A stretch of DNA of 64,000 bases from Deltaproteobacteria bacterium (GTDB lineage: Bacteria > Desulfobacterota > Desulfomonilia > Desulfomonilales > Desulfomonilaceae), in the NCBI GenBank assembly GCA_026388625.1, contig JAPLJK010000023.1, forward strand, positions 28,935-92,934. Direction: 5' to 3'. The number at the start of each line of letters is the position of its first letter. Within the stretch, counting starts at the first letter, position 1. The position numbers and the translations under genes are program-made. Below the pieces are notes generated by a model. That model did no database searches. It was not told the origin of the DNA and saw nothing but the letters and a program-made list of their open reading frames with translations. Shown here piece by piece: positions 18,579 through 27,451 of the stretch.

Positions 18579-19191
18579 CCTGCCTGTTTCTGTTCGTCCT
18601 TTGGTAAGCACCAGAGGCGTACATTCGGCCAAACGCCGTCCCACCTTGATCAACATGTAGGCCGTACCTCACGATCACATACAGTGGTGGCTTTGACCGC
18701 TTAATTCAGCCAATTTTCCGAAGATCCTACACAAAGTTGATTCCCGACCCTATTTTGCGGATAATTGCCCTTGCACGGTTTAATGCATTTGACCACACGC
18801 ACAAGTTCGGGCTAAGGACAGGACAACAATTCACCTAAGTGAATCGATAAAAAAAGGTGTAAAGGCCATTTGAGGCCACGGGAAAAGACTGAGCGAAGTA
18901 ATTTTAGTTCATATAATCTGAGAGTTATATGTTATCATACAAAACGGCAGAGATTGGATAAATCAAAAAAAATTAGTTGCGTCAGTGGGAGGGAGTACTG
19001 TAAACTGAACTTTCGTTAAGTTTTTTCCTGTCGATTTTTCATGAGGCCCATGAATTCAGGACGGCAAGTTGGTGGCTGGGTATGAAGGTAGATGAATTCG
19101 TGGATGTAGAGCCGGGGGAGGAGCCACCGTCCATCCGGGCAAGAATGGCCAAAGCAAGGTCACCCGAATCACAATCCGGAGGTGCTCATTA

Positions 19192-20367
19192 ATGGAACGT
19201 AATGTGTGCGTAGTTGCCGGGGGAATGTCCAGGTGGGGGGTTCGAGACGGAAGCCAGCGGGATTTTTTTCAAGAGGCTGCTAAGGCTTGTTATGACGACA
19301 GCCCTCAACTAAACCCGAAAGAAATAGATGGCCTGCTGGTTGCTTCTGCATACACCGAGCGAACCTCATACCAGACACATCTAGCGCCCATGGTAGCTGA
19401 ATACGCGGGCATCAAGCCTAAAAACATTTGCGCCAGAGTTGAATTGCTCTGCGCCAGCGGCAGTTCGGCAATTATTCTCGCCTTCGGCCTGATCAAGTCC
19501 GGCCAGGCTGACGTGGTAATGGTTGCCGGAGGAGAAAAACTTTACACGCCGCAGAGGTGGGAAGTTTTCTACAGCGAACTGGCTTCAGTGGACCATGACT
19601 GGGACGGGACGCAGGGTTTGGGGCTGCCGCCTCCCGTGTTTGCCATGGTGGCCAAGCAGCACATGAAGCAATACGGTACGGTTAAGGAACATTTGGCGGC
19701 AATTTCAGTTAAGAATCGTAGAAATTCGGCCCTGAATCCTAAAGCTCAGTTTCAGACACCAGTGACGATGGAAGAGGTGATGAGCGGCCGAATGATTGTG
19801 GCTCCGTTAACACTTTACGACTGCTGCCCCATCACCGACGGGGCTGCCGCCACCGTGTTGGCTGTGGAGGAGAAAGCCAAGTACATGACCGACAAGCCGC
19901 TGGTATACGTGCGCGGGACCGGTCAGGCATCACTGAACAACATGTCGGCCAATATGCCCAACTGGACCACATGGGAAGCATTAAAGATCGCTGCCAACCA
20001 GGCCTATACTAAAGCCAAAGTAGCTCCCAAGGACGTAAATGTCGCTATGACCCACGACTGTTTCACCATCTCGGAAATCATCGAAATGGAGGACTTAGGA
20101 TTCTGCGAGAAGGGGGAAGGAGGACCTTTTGTCGGCGACGGCCAGAACGACTTTGGCGGTAAAATCCCAACCAATACTGATGGCGGGCTCCTGGGCTGCG
20201 GCCATCCCTTCGGCGGGACTGGAATAAGGCAGGCTATAGAAGTCACGAGGCAACTGAGGGGAGACGCGATCCAGCAAGTCCCAGGTGCTACGGTGGGATT
20301 GACCCACAATCTTAGCGGCTTCATAGCCGCTCACACAGTACTGATTTATGGAAGGGAGGTCGCATGA
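19192..20367 (+). CDS. SCP-x/BbsB-type thiolase-like protein
   Basis: The active-site Cys lies in ELLCASGSSA, with HDCF and GHPFGGTG motifs. The SD is GGAGG, 9 nt before the ATG. The stop overlaps the next gene (ATGA). Confidence 0.8.
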   Translation: MERNVCVVAGGMSRWGVRDGSQRDFFQEAAKACYDDSPQLNPKEIDGLLVASAYTERTSYQTHLAPMVAEYAGIKPKNICARVELLCASGSSAIILAFGLIKSGQADVVMVAGGEKLYTPQRWEVFYSELASVDHDWDGTQGLGLPPPVFAMVAKQHMKQYGTVKEHLAAISVKNRRNSALNPKAQFQTPVTMEEVMSGRMIVAPLTLYDCCPITDGAAATVLAVEEKAKYMTDKPLVYVRGTGQASLNNMSANMPNWTTWEALKIAANQAYTKAKVAPKDVNVAMTHDCFTISEIIEMEDLGFCEKGEGGPFVGDGQNDFGGKIPTNTDGGLLGCGHPFGGTGIRQAIEVTRQLRGDAIQQVPGATVGLTHNLSGFIAAHTVLIYGREVA

Positions 20368-20852
20368 GCACTCCGGGAATCTCAGTACTCGAAGGCAAGT
20401 ATATGGTCACAATGGACCTCTTTCCTCAGGAGTCCAAAGAGTTCAATCAGATCCATCTATTTTACGAGCATCTGAAAGAGGGCCGCTTCACGACCACCAA
20501 GTGCAAGGACTGCGGGGCTGAAACATTTCCCCCCAGGATACTTTGCCCAGAGTGCTTCAGCACGAACATGGAATGGGTTGACTGGCCGACAACCGGGACC
20601 GTCATAGACGTAACAGAGGAAGTGGTGGGAGTCCCTTTGGGATTCGGAAAGCCGCCGCTGGTCCACGCATTGGTCGATCTGGAAGGCAAGAGAACTTTTT
20701 TTGTCCGGATAATCAACTGCAAGGAAGGTGAACTTAAGTCCGGCGACAAGGTCAGACTGGCAGTTTTCGATGTCGATCCGGTACCCCAGGAAATGGGCCG
20801 CGAGGTTGTAAACATGCCAAGGGTTTTTTATGCGTTTGAGCCGGTGAAATGA
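20364..20852 (+). CDS. DUF35 Zn-ribbon/OB-fold protein (thiolase partner, BbsA-like)
   Basis: The rubredoxin-like motif is CKDCGAETFPPRILCPECFS, followed by an OB-fold-like C-terminus. The gene is translationally coupled to the thiolase gene. Confidence 0.8.
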   Translation: MSTPGISVLEGKYMVTMDLFPQESKEFNQIHLFYEHLKEGRFTTTKCKDCGAETFPPRILCPECFSTNMEWVDWPTTGTVIDVTEEVVGVPLGFGKPPLVHALVDLEGKRTFFVRIINCKEGELKSGDKVRLAVFDVDPVPQEMGREVVNMPRVFYAFEPVK

Positions 20853-20986
20853 CCCTGATGGGACGCCACTAAATAGCGTCGATTAATTGTTTCCGCCAAT
20901 CAGTTGTTTGCAGCAGCATCCGGATGGTGCTCAGCACCCGTGATGCCAAGAACGCAAGGATTTCTAAAACCATAAGGAGGAACAAC

Positions 20987-22117
20987 ATGTCACTTGATTG
21001 GATGCCTCGAGACAGTAGCCACAAGGACCATATCTTGATTGGTTCAGAGCATTGGGGAACCGAAGCCCCCTGTACGGTCTACGAGAAGAAACCCCTGACG
21101 TCGCCGGAGGGCAAGGTGGCTGATGGGCTTTACGTAGCCTGGATACGCCTCAACAACCCGAAACAGTACAACTCATACACCACGGAAATGGTCAAAGGTG
21201 TGATCGCGGGATTTAGCGCGGCAAGCCAGGATAGATCGGTGGTGGCGACAGTGTTCACCGGAACAGGGGACATGGCGTTTTGCACTGGCGGCAATACCAA
21301 GGAGTACGCTGAATACTATTCCATGCGGCCCCACGAATATGGCGAATACATGGATTTGTTCAATGGCATGGTGGATGCCATACTCAACTGCAAGAAGCCT
21401 GTCATCTGCCGTACTAACGGGATGAGAGTGGCCGGCGGTCAGGAGATCGGTCTGGCCTGCGACCTTGCGATCTCCAGCGATCTGGCCATCTTCGGACAGG
21501 CCGGTGCACGTCACGGCTCCAGCCCCGATGGTGGATCCACGGATTTCCTCCCCTGGTTCCTTTCCATGGAGGACGCGATGTGGAACTGCGTCAGTTGTGA
21601 GCTTTGGAGTGCCTACAAAATGAAGGCCAAGAATCTCATCTCCAAGGTAATTCCTGTTCTGAAAAGCGGAGACAAGTTCGTCAGAAATCCTTCTGTTATC
21701 ACAGATACCTACATTGCAGACGGGGAAATAGTTTACGGCGAATTCAAGACCGGCGCGGCTGCAAAAGAAGCAAAAGAGATGATGAAGGATCTTCCTCGAG
21801 ACTTCGAACTGCTCGATAAGGAAGTTAACCGCATTATATGGACGTTCGCAAATCTTTTCCCGGGATGTCTCATCAAGGCAGTTGACGGCATCCGTGCCAA
21901 GAAGAAATTCTTCTGGGATCAGTCAAAACTGGCCAACCGTCACTGGTTGATGGCTAATATGTCTTACGAGGCCTTCCTCGGCTTCAACGCGTTCAATACC
22001 AAGAAGATTACGGGTAAGGACGTCATAGACTTCATCAAGTGGCGCCAAATCATAGCTGAAGGCGGTCGATTCGAGCCCGAGTCCTGGGAGGAAATCATGG
22101 GTAAACCGCAAGAGTAA
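20987..22117 (+). CDS. bamA: 6-oxocyclohex-1-ene-1-carbonyl-CoA hydrolase-type ring-opening crotonase (BamA/Oah family)
   Basis: The roughly 376-aa crotonase-fold protein carries KQYNSYTTEMV and NGMRVAGGQEIGLACDL, the peptide blocks I associate with BamA. The ATG at 20987 is preceded by AAGGAGG. The ORF track's longer form starts at 20924. Confidence 0.7.
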   Translation: MSLDWMPRDSSHKDHILIGSEHWGTEAPCTVYEKKPLTSPEGKVADGLYVAWIRLNNPKQYNSYTTEMVKGVIAGFSAASQDRSVVATVFTGTGDMAFCTGGNTKEYAEYYSMRPHEYGEYMDLFNGMVDAILNCKKPVICRTNGMRVAGGQEIGLACDLAISSDLAIFGQAGARHGSSPDGGSTDFLPWFLSMEDAMWNCVSCELWSAYKMKAKNLISKVIPVLKSGDKFVRNPSVITDTYIADGEIVYGEFKTGAAAKEAKEMMKDLPRDFELLDKEVNRIIWTFANLFPGCLIKAVDGIRAKKKFFWDQSKLANRHWLMANMSYEAFLGFNAFNTKKITGKDVIDFIKWRQIIAEGGRFEPESWEEIMGKPQE

Positions 22118-22132
22118 TTGAATGATCCGGTA

Positions 22133-22160
22133 GCGGAGCCCCGACTCTAAGGGGCTCCGC
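22133..22160 (+). terminator. Strong GC hairpin 16 nt after the bamA stop (terminator or attenuator; no U-tract)
   Basis: GCGGAGCCCC (22133-22142), loop gactctaa, GGGGCTCCGC (22151-22160) form a perfect 10-bp stem. No T-run follows directly. Confidence 0.35.
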
Positions 22161-22443
22161 ACAACAGCCTGATACACTCTTTTGTGGGCATGGACCGGGG
22201 TGCCATCGCCCTGTTTAGCTTTCAAAGAAGTCATACGACCAACAAGAATGTTTTGGTGGCAACAGGCGTCCCTTGCATGCTCAGGTTTCGATCAAAAAAA
22301 TCAGTATGACAGACGCATCCGTCACGTCGGCAAGGCTCTACCTTAAACGTTTCGAATCCTACGACTCTCAATAAAAACCATTTTTCTTCCAGGGACAGAC
22401 GACGTTGAGTTGAGCGCACGCGGGCCGACAGGAGGACATTTTG

Positions 22444-23223
22444 ATGGATTACAGGCTCATAAAATGCGAGACATATTTTGAAGGTTCAGCATTAAAGATC
22501 ACCCTTGACTCTCCCAAAGCCAACATTGTTGAAGCAAACATGCTTCATGAAATATCTCATGTACTCGAAGGGCCGGCAGCAGAAAAAGATCTAAAGCTGC
22601 TGGTTTTTGAAGGAGCGGGTAAACACTTTTCCTTCGGGGCCAGTGTCCCTGAACATACCAAAGAAAATGCCGCCATGATGCTCAAGGCATTTCATGCCGT
22701 GTTTTACCGACTCGCGACGCTTGCTGTTCCCACCATGGCAATAGTTCGGGGGCAGTGCCTGGGTGGAGGCATGGAGCTTGCCCTGGCTTGCAACTTCATA
22801 GTGGCCGACATGACCGCCATGTTCGGGCAACCCGAGATAATTTTGGGAGTGTTCCCGCCTCCCGCCTCCGTGATGCTGCCCCGAAAGGTGGGACAAACTT
22901 ATGCCGACGACCTTGTCCTTACAGGCCGATCAATAGATGCTCAGGAGGCCCGACGTATTGGGTTGGTAACCCTCCTTGTGGAAGAGGGACATGAAGCATG
23001 GGGCGTTGCTGAGAAATGGATTGAGAAGAACATACTACCCAAGAGTGCGTCCAGCCTCAGGATAGCAAACGCGGCAGTACGTAAGGACTTCTTTCGCGGG
23101 ATTTGGGATGACCTCCCAAAGATGGAGGGGTTATATCTGAAGGAATTGATGGAAAGTCAGGATGCCAACGAAGGCATTAACGCTTTCATTGAGAAGCGAC
23201 AGCCTAATTGGCAGAACCAATGA
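22444..23223 (+). CDS. Enoyl-CoA hydratase/isomerase family protein, cyclohexa-1,5-dienecarbonyl-CoA hydratase (Dch)-like
   Basis: It has the crotonase fold, with GAGKHFSFGASVPEH and GQCLGGGMELALACNF. The length (259 aa) and the position next to bamA fit Dch/BamR. The ATG at 22444 lies 8 nt after AGGAGG. Confidence 0.5.
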   Translation: MDYRLIKCETYFEGSALKITLDSPKANIVEANMLHEISHVLEGPAAEKDLKLLVFEGAGKHFSFGASVPEHTKENAAMMLKAFHAVFYRLATLAVPTMAIVRGQCLGGGMELALACNFIVADMTAMFGQPEIILGVFPPPASVMLPRKVGQTYADDLVLTGRSIDAQEARRIGLVTLLVEEGHEAWGVAEKWIEKNILPKSASSLRIANAAVRKDFFRGIWDDLPKMEGLYLKELMESQDANEGINAFIEKRQPNWQNQ

Positions 23224-23288
23224 TTCCACTAGTCCACTTTGAATCTGGAGAGTCTGTCTGCCCGCCGAGCAGACTAGCGGCCTCCTCC

Positions 23289-23897
23289 TCATCCCGGTGA
23301 CGGCGTCGGGGGCATTTCAGACGGAGGCAAGAACGCTGTAGGCCCGGTGTCGGACAACGGTGTTCCGGTGAGAACCTCAGTACCCTCTACGGGTGTAGGG
23401 GTAACCCTTGCCGGACCGTCTCCGGTGCCGGACGAAGACTTGCAGTCTCCGCTGACTTGGTTCTTGATTTGCTCCAAGCGCTGCATCAGTTCATTTGTCT
23501 GATTGATTTGGGCAGAAATGTCCGACAAGGATCTGCTGAGCAGTTGTGCGGACTCTTCCTTCCAGATATTGATTTTAGTATCCGACTCGCTCGTGGTTTC
23601 CGTTAATTTCTCCCGTAACCTTCCCAATGCCTCGATCTGGACCGCCAAGTCGTCTCCGGATTTGTTGAGTTGTTCCGCAAGCCGGATTCTCGTCAGGCCC
23701 ATTTGCGAGTCGACCTTTTCTCTGGCGGCTTTTATTCGATCTATCTGGCGGCCAAGTTGTTCTTGAAGCAGCCTTATTGTTGAGTCAAGACCGGTCAAGT
23801 CGGAAGCTGCGCCTGTCGTGGGAACAGTCGTAACGCCGAGGAATAGGCAGAAAAAGAGGCTGATGCAGGTGACGGAGTGTCTTTTCATGGTCTCCAA
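23289..23897 (-). CDS. Exported coiled-coil protein with a Pro/Thr-rich tail (hypothetical)
   Basis: It has a signal peptide, a heptad-like Q/E/L/R-rich centre and a C-terminal TPTPVEGTEV...PPTPSPG. I recognise no family. Confidence 0.55.
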   Translation of the reverse strand: METMKRHSVTCISLFFCLFLGVTTVPTTGAASDLTGLDSTIRLLQEQLGRQIDRIKAAREKVDSQMGLTRIRLAEQLNKSGDDLAVQIEALGRLREKLTETTSESDTKINIWKEESAQLLSRSLSDISAQINQTNELMQRLEQIKNQVSGDCKSSSGTGDGPARVTPTPVEGTEVLTGTPLSDTGPTAFLPPSEMPPTPSPG

Positions 23898-24114
23898 CTC
23901 CTGGAGAATTTGGATGCACGAACATCCTTTTGGTTAATTTCATATCAGAAATTACAGTATGTTACAATATATTTATAAATTAAATTCTCAATTAAATAGA
24001 ATAATACTTTACTAATCATCAATAACTTCTTGATTATCTTAGATATCTTATTAAGTGACTCCGCGGCTACCGTCTAAGGCCGGCCATAGGCAGGCAGTGG
24101 CATAACTGTATTAC

Positions 24115-25140
24115 TTACTGCATCTCCATTGCCGGCCCACAAATGTAATCTTCTACTACTGGGACGAACGGAGCGAACTCTGGGTGCAATCGGATGGTCC
24201 TTGCAATGTAGGCTCCGGTCCTGGGTATCGATGAAAGGTAGCGGTTGGAACCCCTGACCGAGATCTGGTAGCCGAAAGTCCCGAGGGCCTTTATGTTTCG
24301 CTGTAATGACATGACATCGAAGATGTAACGGAATCTATCTCTCTCCGGTATACCTGTCCCCTCAATTGCCTCTTGATATCTGCTCAGAAGATCTTCCACC
24401 AAGTGTTCCGGAAGGGTCACGTAGGAATCGCGGAGTAGCGAGGCCAGATCATATTGCGCGGGCCCCATTCTGGCATCCTGAAAATCAATCATTACCAGGC
24501 GGCCTTCATGGAGGATGAGGTTTCTTGAATGATAGTCTCTGTGACAGAATATCCTTGGTTCCTCGCTCAAATGCAGGCTAATCCTGTCGAAAAACGTATC
24601 CAGGGCCGCTCTTGCCGAAGACGGAGGATCCGTCTCAAGAAGACCTTCGATAAAATGGGTAACAAAGAATCCGAATTCCTCCATAAACTTGTTCTCATCA
24701 AAAGGCGGATTGAAACTCTCGCAGCAAGACCTCCCGGACTCAGTTTTCAGACGCATTCCGATCAGCAGGTCCACTGCCTCCACATATAATTCTCGCAGGC
24801 GCTCGTCATCCGCGCCTTCCACAAGAGATTCCAAGAGATGGTCTCCCAGGTCTTCGAGGACGATCAGGCCGTGTTCTGGATCGTGAGAGTAGACCCGAGG
24901 GACTGGAAGCTCCAAATCCTGGAGAAAAGCTTGTATTTCGATAAACTTGGCTTCTTCCAGAGTTCGGGGTTTGGGTAGAAGCATTATGACGGCAGACTGG
25001 CCGATCCCATACGAGACCCGATAGTAAACGCGGGTAGATGCGTCACCGGCAAGTTTGGCGACAACTTTCGGCGCCGGCCCTCTTGCGCGGCCAACGGCAG
25101 GCATTCGCGACAGGTCCAATTCTTTAGACAAGTGGAACAC
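24115..25140 (-). CDS. Aminoglycoside-phosphotransferase-fold sugar kinase, AmgK (MurNAc/GlcNAc anomeric kinase)-like
   Basis: Motifs seen: LAGDASTRVYYRV near the N-terminus, and the kinase catalytic loop HRDYHSRNL and IDFQDA. The gene overlaps the upstream nucleotidyltransferase gene. Confidence 0.6.
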   Translation of the reverse strand: MFHLSKELDLSRMPAVGRARGPAPKVVAKLAGDASTRVYYRVSYGIGQSAVIMLLPKPRTLEEAKFIEIQAFLQDLELPVPRVYSHDPEHGLIVLEDLGDHLLESLVEGADDERLRELYVEAVDLLIGMRLKTESGRSCCESFNPPFDENKFMEEFGFFVTHFIEGLLETDPPSSARAALDTFFDRISLHLSEEPRIFCHRDYHSRNLILHEGRLVMIDFQDARMGPAQYDLASLLRDSYVTLPEHLVEDLLSRYQEAIEGTGIPERDRFRYIFDVMSLQRNIKALGTFGYQISVRGSNRYLSSIPRTGAYIARTIRLHPEFAPFVPVVEDYICGPAMEMQ

Positions 25141-26089
25141 TACCCTCCCGACAAATGATCTGGTTCACATGCAAACCTTCGACGGTCATAGATGACCCAA
25201 CTATGCAATTATGCAGTTGAGTTCCTCTGTTGAGCCTGACATTCCCCCACAGTATGGTGTTTTGTGCGACGACTTCCCGTTCAATGAGGCAGCCGGCCTC
25301 TGCCGACACGAACGGCCCCAACATGGCTGTCTCATGGCATTGCGTTCGTGTTGAAATGTGAACAAAAGGCTCTGAGCCCATGCGCAGGAACAAATCCTTT
25401 TGCGCTTCAAGATATCGGCACGGGTCGCCAAGATCATTCCAATATCCAGTGACTGGAAAACCGTGTATGGGCTTTCCCATCGTCAAAGCTTTCGGATACA
25501 CCTCGTCGTTGATCTCACAAAAAATACCGGGGGTGATGAATTGAAAAATCTCCGGTTCAAGAATGTGAATTCCTGTGAAGACGTAAGTCTCAGGGCGCAG
25601 ATTACCACCCAAAGACGTCCCCCGGAAATTTCTGAGTCTGCCTTCCTTATCTATCCTCAACGGCGAATGTCGATAAGGTGGTTGTTGGGGATACAGAATC
25701 AGCGTTGCAAGAGCCCCACGGTCACGGTGAAATGCCAAGGCGTCTGCCAGTGGGAAATCGGCTACTATGTCACTATTTGCCATCAGAAAGGTTCCGCCGT
25801 CGAAGACTAGTTCATTAGCCTTGAGTCCACCGGCGGTCCCGAGTATGTCTTGTTCAAAGGAAAAAGATACGGGAAGTTGGTCCCAGGGTTTGTAGTTGAA
25901 AAGTTGCTCAATGGAATGCGGCAGGTGGTGCAGGTTCATTCTGAACTCCGAGACACCGTGCTCCATGAGTTTTTCCATGAGTCTTATCACGAGAGGCTTT
26001 CCCAGCAGAGGAATAGCGGGTTTTGCACGCTCAAGCGTCAGGGGGCGAAGGCGGGTACCCAGACCGGCCGCAAGGATCATCGCTTTCAT
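25124..26089 (-). CDS. Sugar-1-phosphate nucleotidyltransferase (MurU-like) with a C-terminal hexapeptide-repeat extension
   Basis: The N-terminus MKAMILAAGLGTRLRPLTLERAKPAIPLLGKPLV is an NTP-transferase signature. The C-terminal ~90 aa look like a left-handed beta-helix. Confidence 0.65.
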   Translation of the reverse strand: MKAMILAAGLGTRLRPLTLERAKPAIPLLGKPLVIRLMEKLMEHGVSEFRMNLHHLPHSIEQLFNYKPWDQLPVSFSFEQDILGTAGGLKANELVFDGGTFLMANSDIVADFPLADALAFHRDRGALATLILYPQQPPYRHSPLRIDKEGRLRNFRGTSLGGNLRPETYVFTGIHILEPEIFQFITPGIFCEINDEVYPKALTMGKPIHGFPVTGYWNDLGDPCRYLEAQKDLFLRMGSEPFVHISTRTQCHETAMLGPFVSAEAGCLIEREVVAQNTILWGNVRLNRGTQLHNCIVGSSMTVEGLHVNQIICREGSVPLV

Positions 26090-26094
26090 GGCTT

Positions 26095-27189
26095 CTATCT
26101 GTCTGTGCTTACGAGTTGTTTATCTCGGTGTCGTTCCATGGCCAGATCCACCAGTTTGTCGATGAGCTGGTCGTAGGGCAGGCCGCTTGCTTCCCAGAGT
26201 TTGGGATACATGCTTATTGAAGTAAAACCGGGTAATGTGTTGATCTCGTTTACGATTATACGGCCATCCGGTGTCAGAAACATGTCTACTCGTGCCAGAC
26301 CGGACCCGTCCACGGCTTTGAAAGCAGTTGTTGCGGCCGTTCCCGCCTTTCGGTGATTGACTGGTTCAAGGTCCGCGGGGATGATCAATTCGGCAGTGTC
26401 CCGGAGATACTTTTCTTCATAATCGTAAAAATCTGATTGAGCTATTACCTCACCGGCCACACTTGCAACAGGTTCGTCATTGCCCAGGACGGACACCTCC
26501 AATTCTCTCCCCGCTATGGCATCCTCCACCAGGACTTTTCGGTCATAGGATAGCGCAAGATTCACCGCAGCCTCACAATCCTTCTGAGTCGTAACCTTAC
26601 TAATTCCGACGGATGAGCCAAGATTGGCCGGCTTTACAAAGAGAGGAAACGGCCTGCTACTCATTCTTTCAAGTATGGAATACTTATCTTGTTCCCATCC
26701 GGACCTGAGAAACCAGAAAAAAGGTCCTACCGACAAGCCGATATCTCGAAACGCACACTTCATGAGTACCTTGTCCATTCCCACAGCCGAGGCAAGGACA
26801 CCGCATCCCACGTACGGCACATTGGCCAATTCGAGCAGACCCTGAAGAGTTCCGTCTTCTCCGTATGTGCCGTGGAGAACCGGGAAAATCACGTCAACCG
26901 GGATCGGTCCGATTCCACCACCAGCCCTGACGAGCAGAAAACCCTTGTCCGCCGGGTCCGGGGAAAACAATAGCCGGTCGTTTTCTGTGGGCAGCGCAGT
27001 GTGGGCAAAGGACGAAAAATCGGTGGGCATTCTGTACCACGCCCCTGCTCGAGTTATAAGCACAGGAACCACTTCATATCTTTCCGGTGACATCGCCTGA
27101 AACACGGACGCTGCCGAACGCACAGATACATCGTGTTCCGCCGAACGCCCTCCGAAAACGATAGCGACCGTAAGCCGATTTTGTTGCAT
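26095..27189 (-). CDS. ddl: D-alanine--D-alanine ligase
   Basis: It has VAIVFGGRSAEHDVSVRSA and ATP-grasp motifs (FVKPANLGSSVGISKV, NEINTLPGFT). The ATG at 27189 is preceded by GGGAGG. Confidence 0.9.
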   Translation of the reverse strand: MQQNRLTVAIVFGGRSAEHDVSVRSAASVFQAMSPERYEVVPVLITRAGAWYRMPTDFSSFAHTALPTENDRLLFSPDPADKGFLLVRAGGGIGPIPVDVIFPVLHGTYGEDGTLQGLLELANVPYVGCGVLASAVGMDKVLMKCAFRDIGLSVGPFFWFLRSGWEQDKYSILERMSSRPFPLFVKPANLGSSVGISKVTTQKDCEAAVNLALSYDRKVLVEDAIAGRELEVSVLGNDEPVASVAGEVIAQSDFYDYEEKYLRDTAELIIPADLEPVNHRKAGTAATTAFKAVDGSGLARVDMFLTPDGRIIVNEINTLPGFTSISMYPKLWEASGLPYDQLIDKLVDLAMERHRDKQLVSTDR

Positions 27190-27451
27190 GAAACCTCCCG
27201 GTGACACGGAAGCTGCACGCTCAATACCACATTGAGCGGGTCGTGAGAACTCCTATGTGAGTGACCCGTTGCCAAGGCTTCGTACCACACACAAGTTTTG
27301 ATGATATCGACATCAAAGCTGGAAGCTCTGATGCGCCGTCAAGCTGATCGCTAATTCCATAACGAGTTGCATTCATAAAATATAACTTGTATCCTGGCTT
27401 CTTGCCCAGATTTCACCCCTATTTGCTTACTAAACGAGAGGACACAGACTC

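Noticed and set aside
22257-22278. Sigma-54-like TGGCAA … TTGCAT pair between bamA and the Dch-like gene
   Set aside because: The elements are separated by 10 nt, not the 5 nt required between the -24 and -12 boxes.
22345-22365. GTTTCGAATCC, resembling a tRNA T-loop
   Set aside because: The flanking bases cannot form a T-stem, and no acceptor or anticodon arms can be drawn.
23930-24060. Very AT-rich 130-nt island upstream of the coiled-coil protein gene. I considered a replication origin or a mobile-element junction.
   Set aside because: There are no DnaA-box matches (TTATCCACA type), no dnaA/dnaN context, no flanking direct repeats and no integrase. It is most simply a promoter/UP-element and terminator zone between two gene ends.
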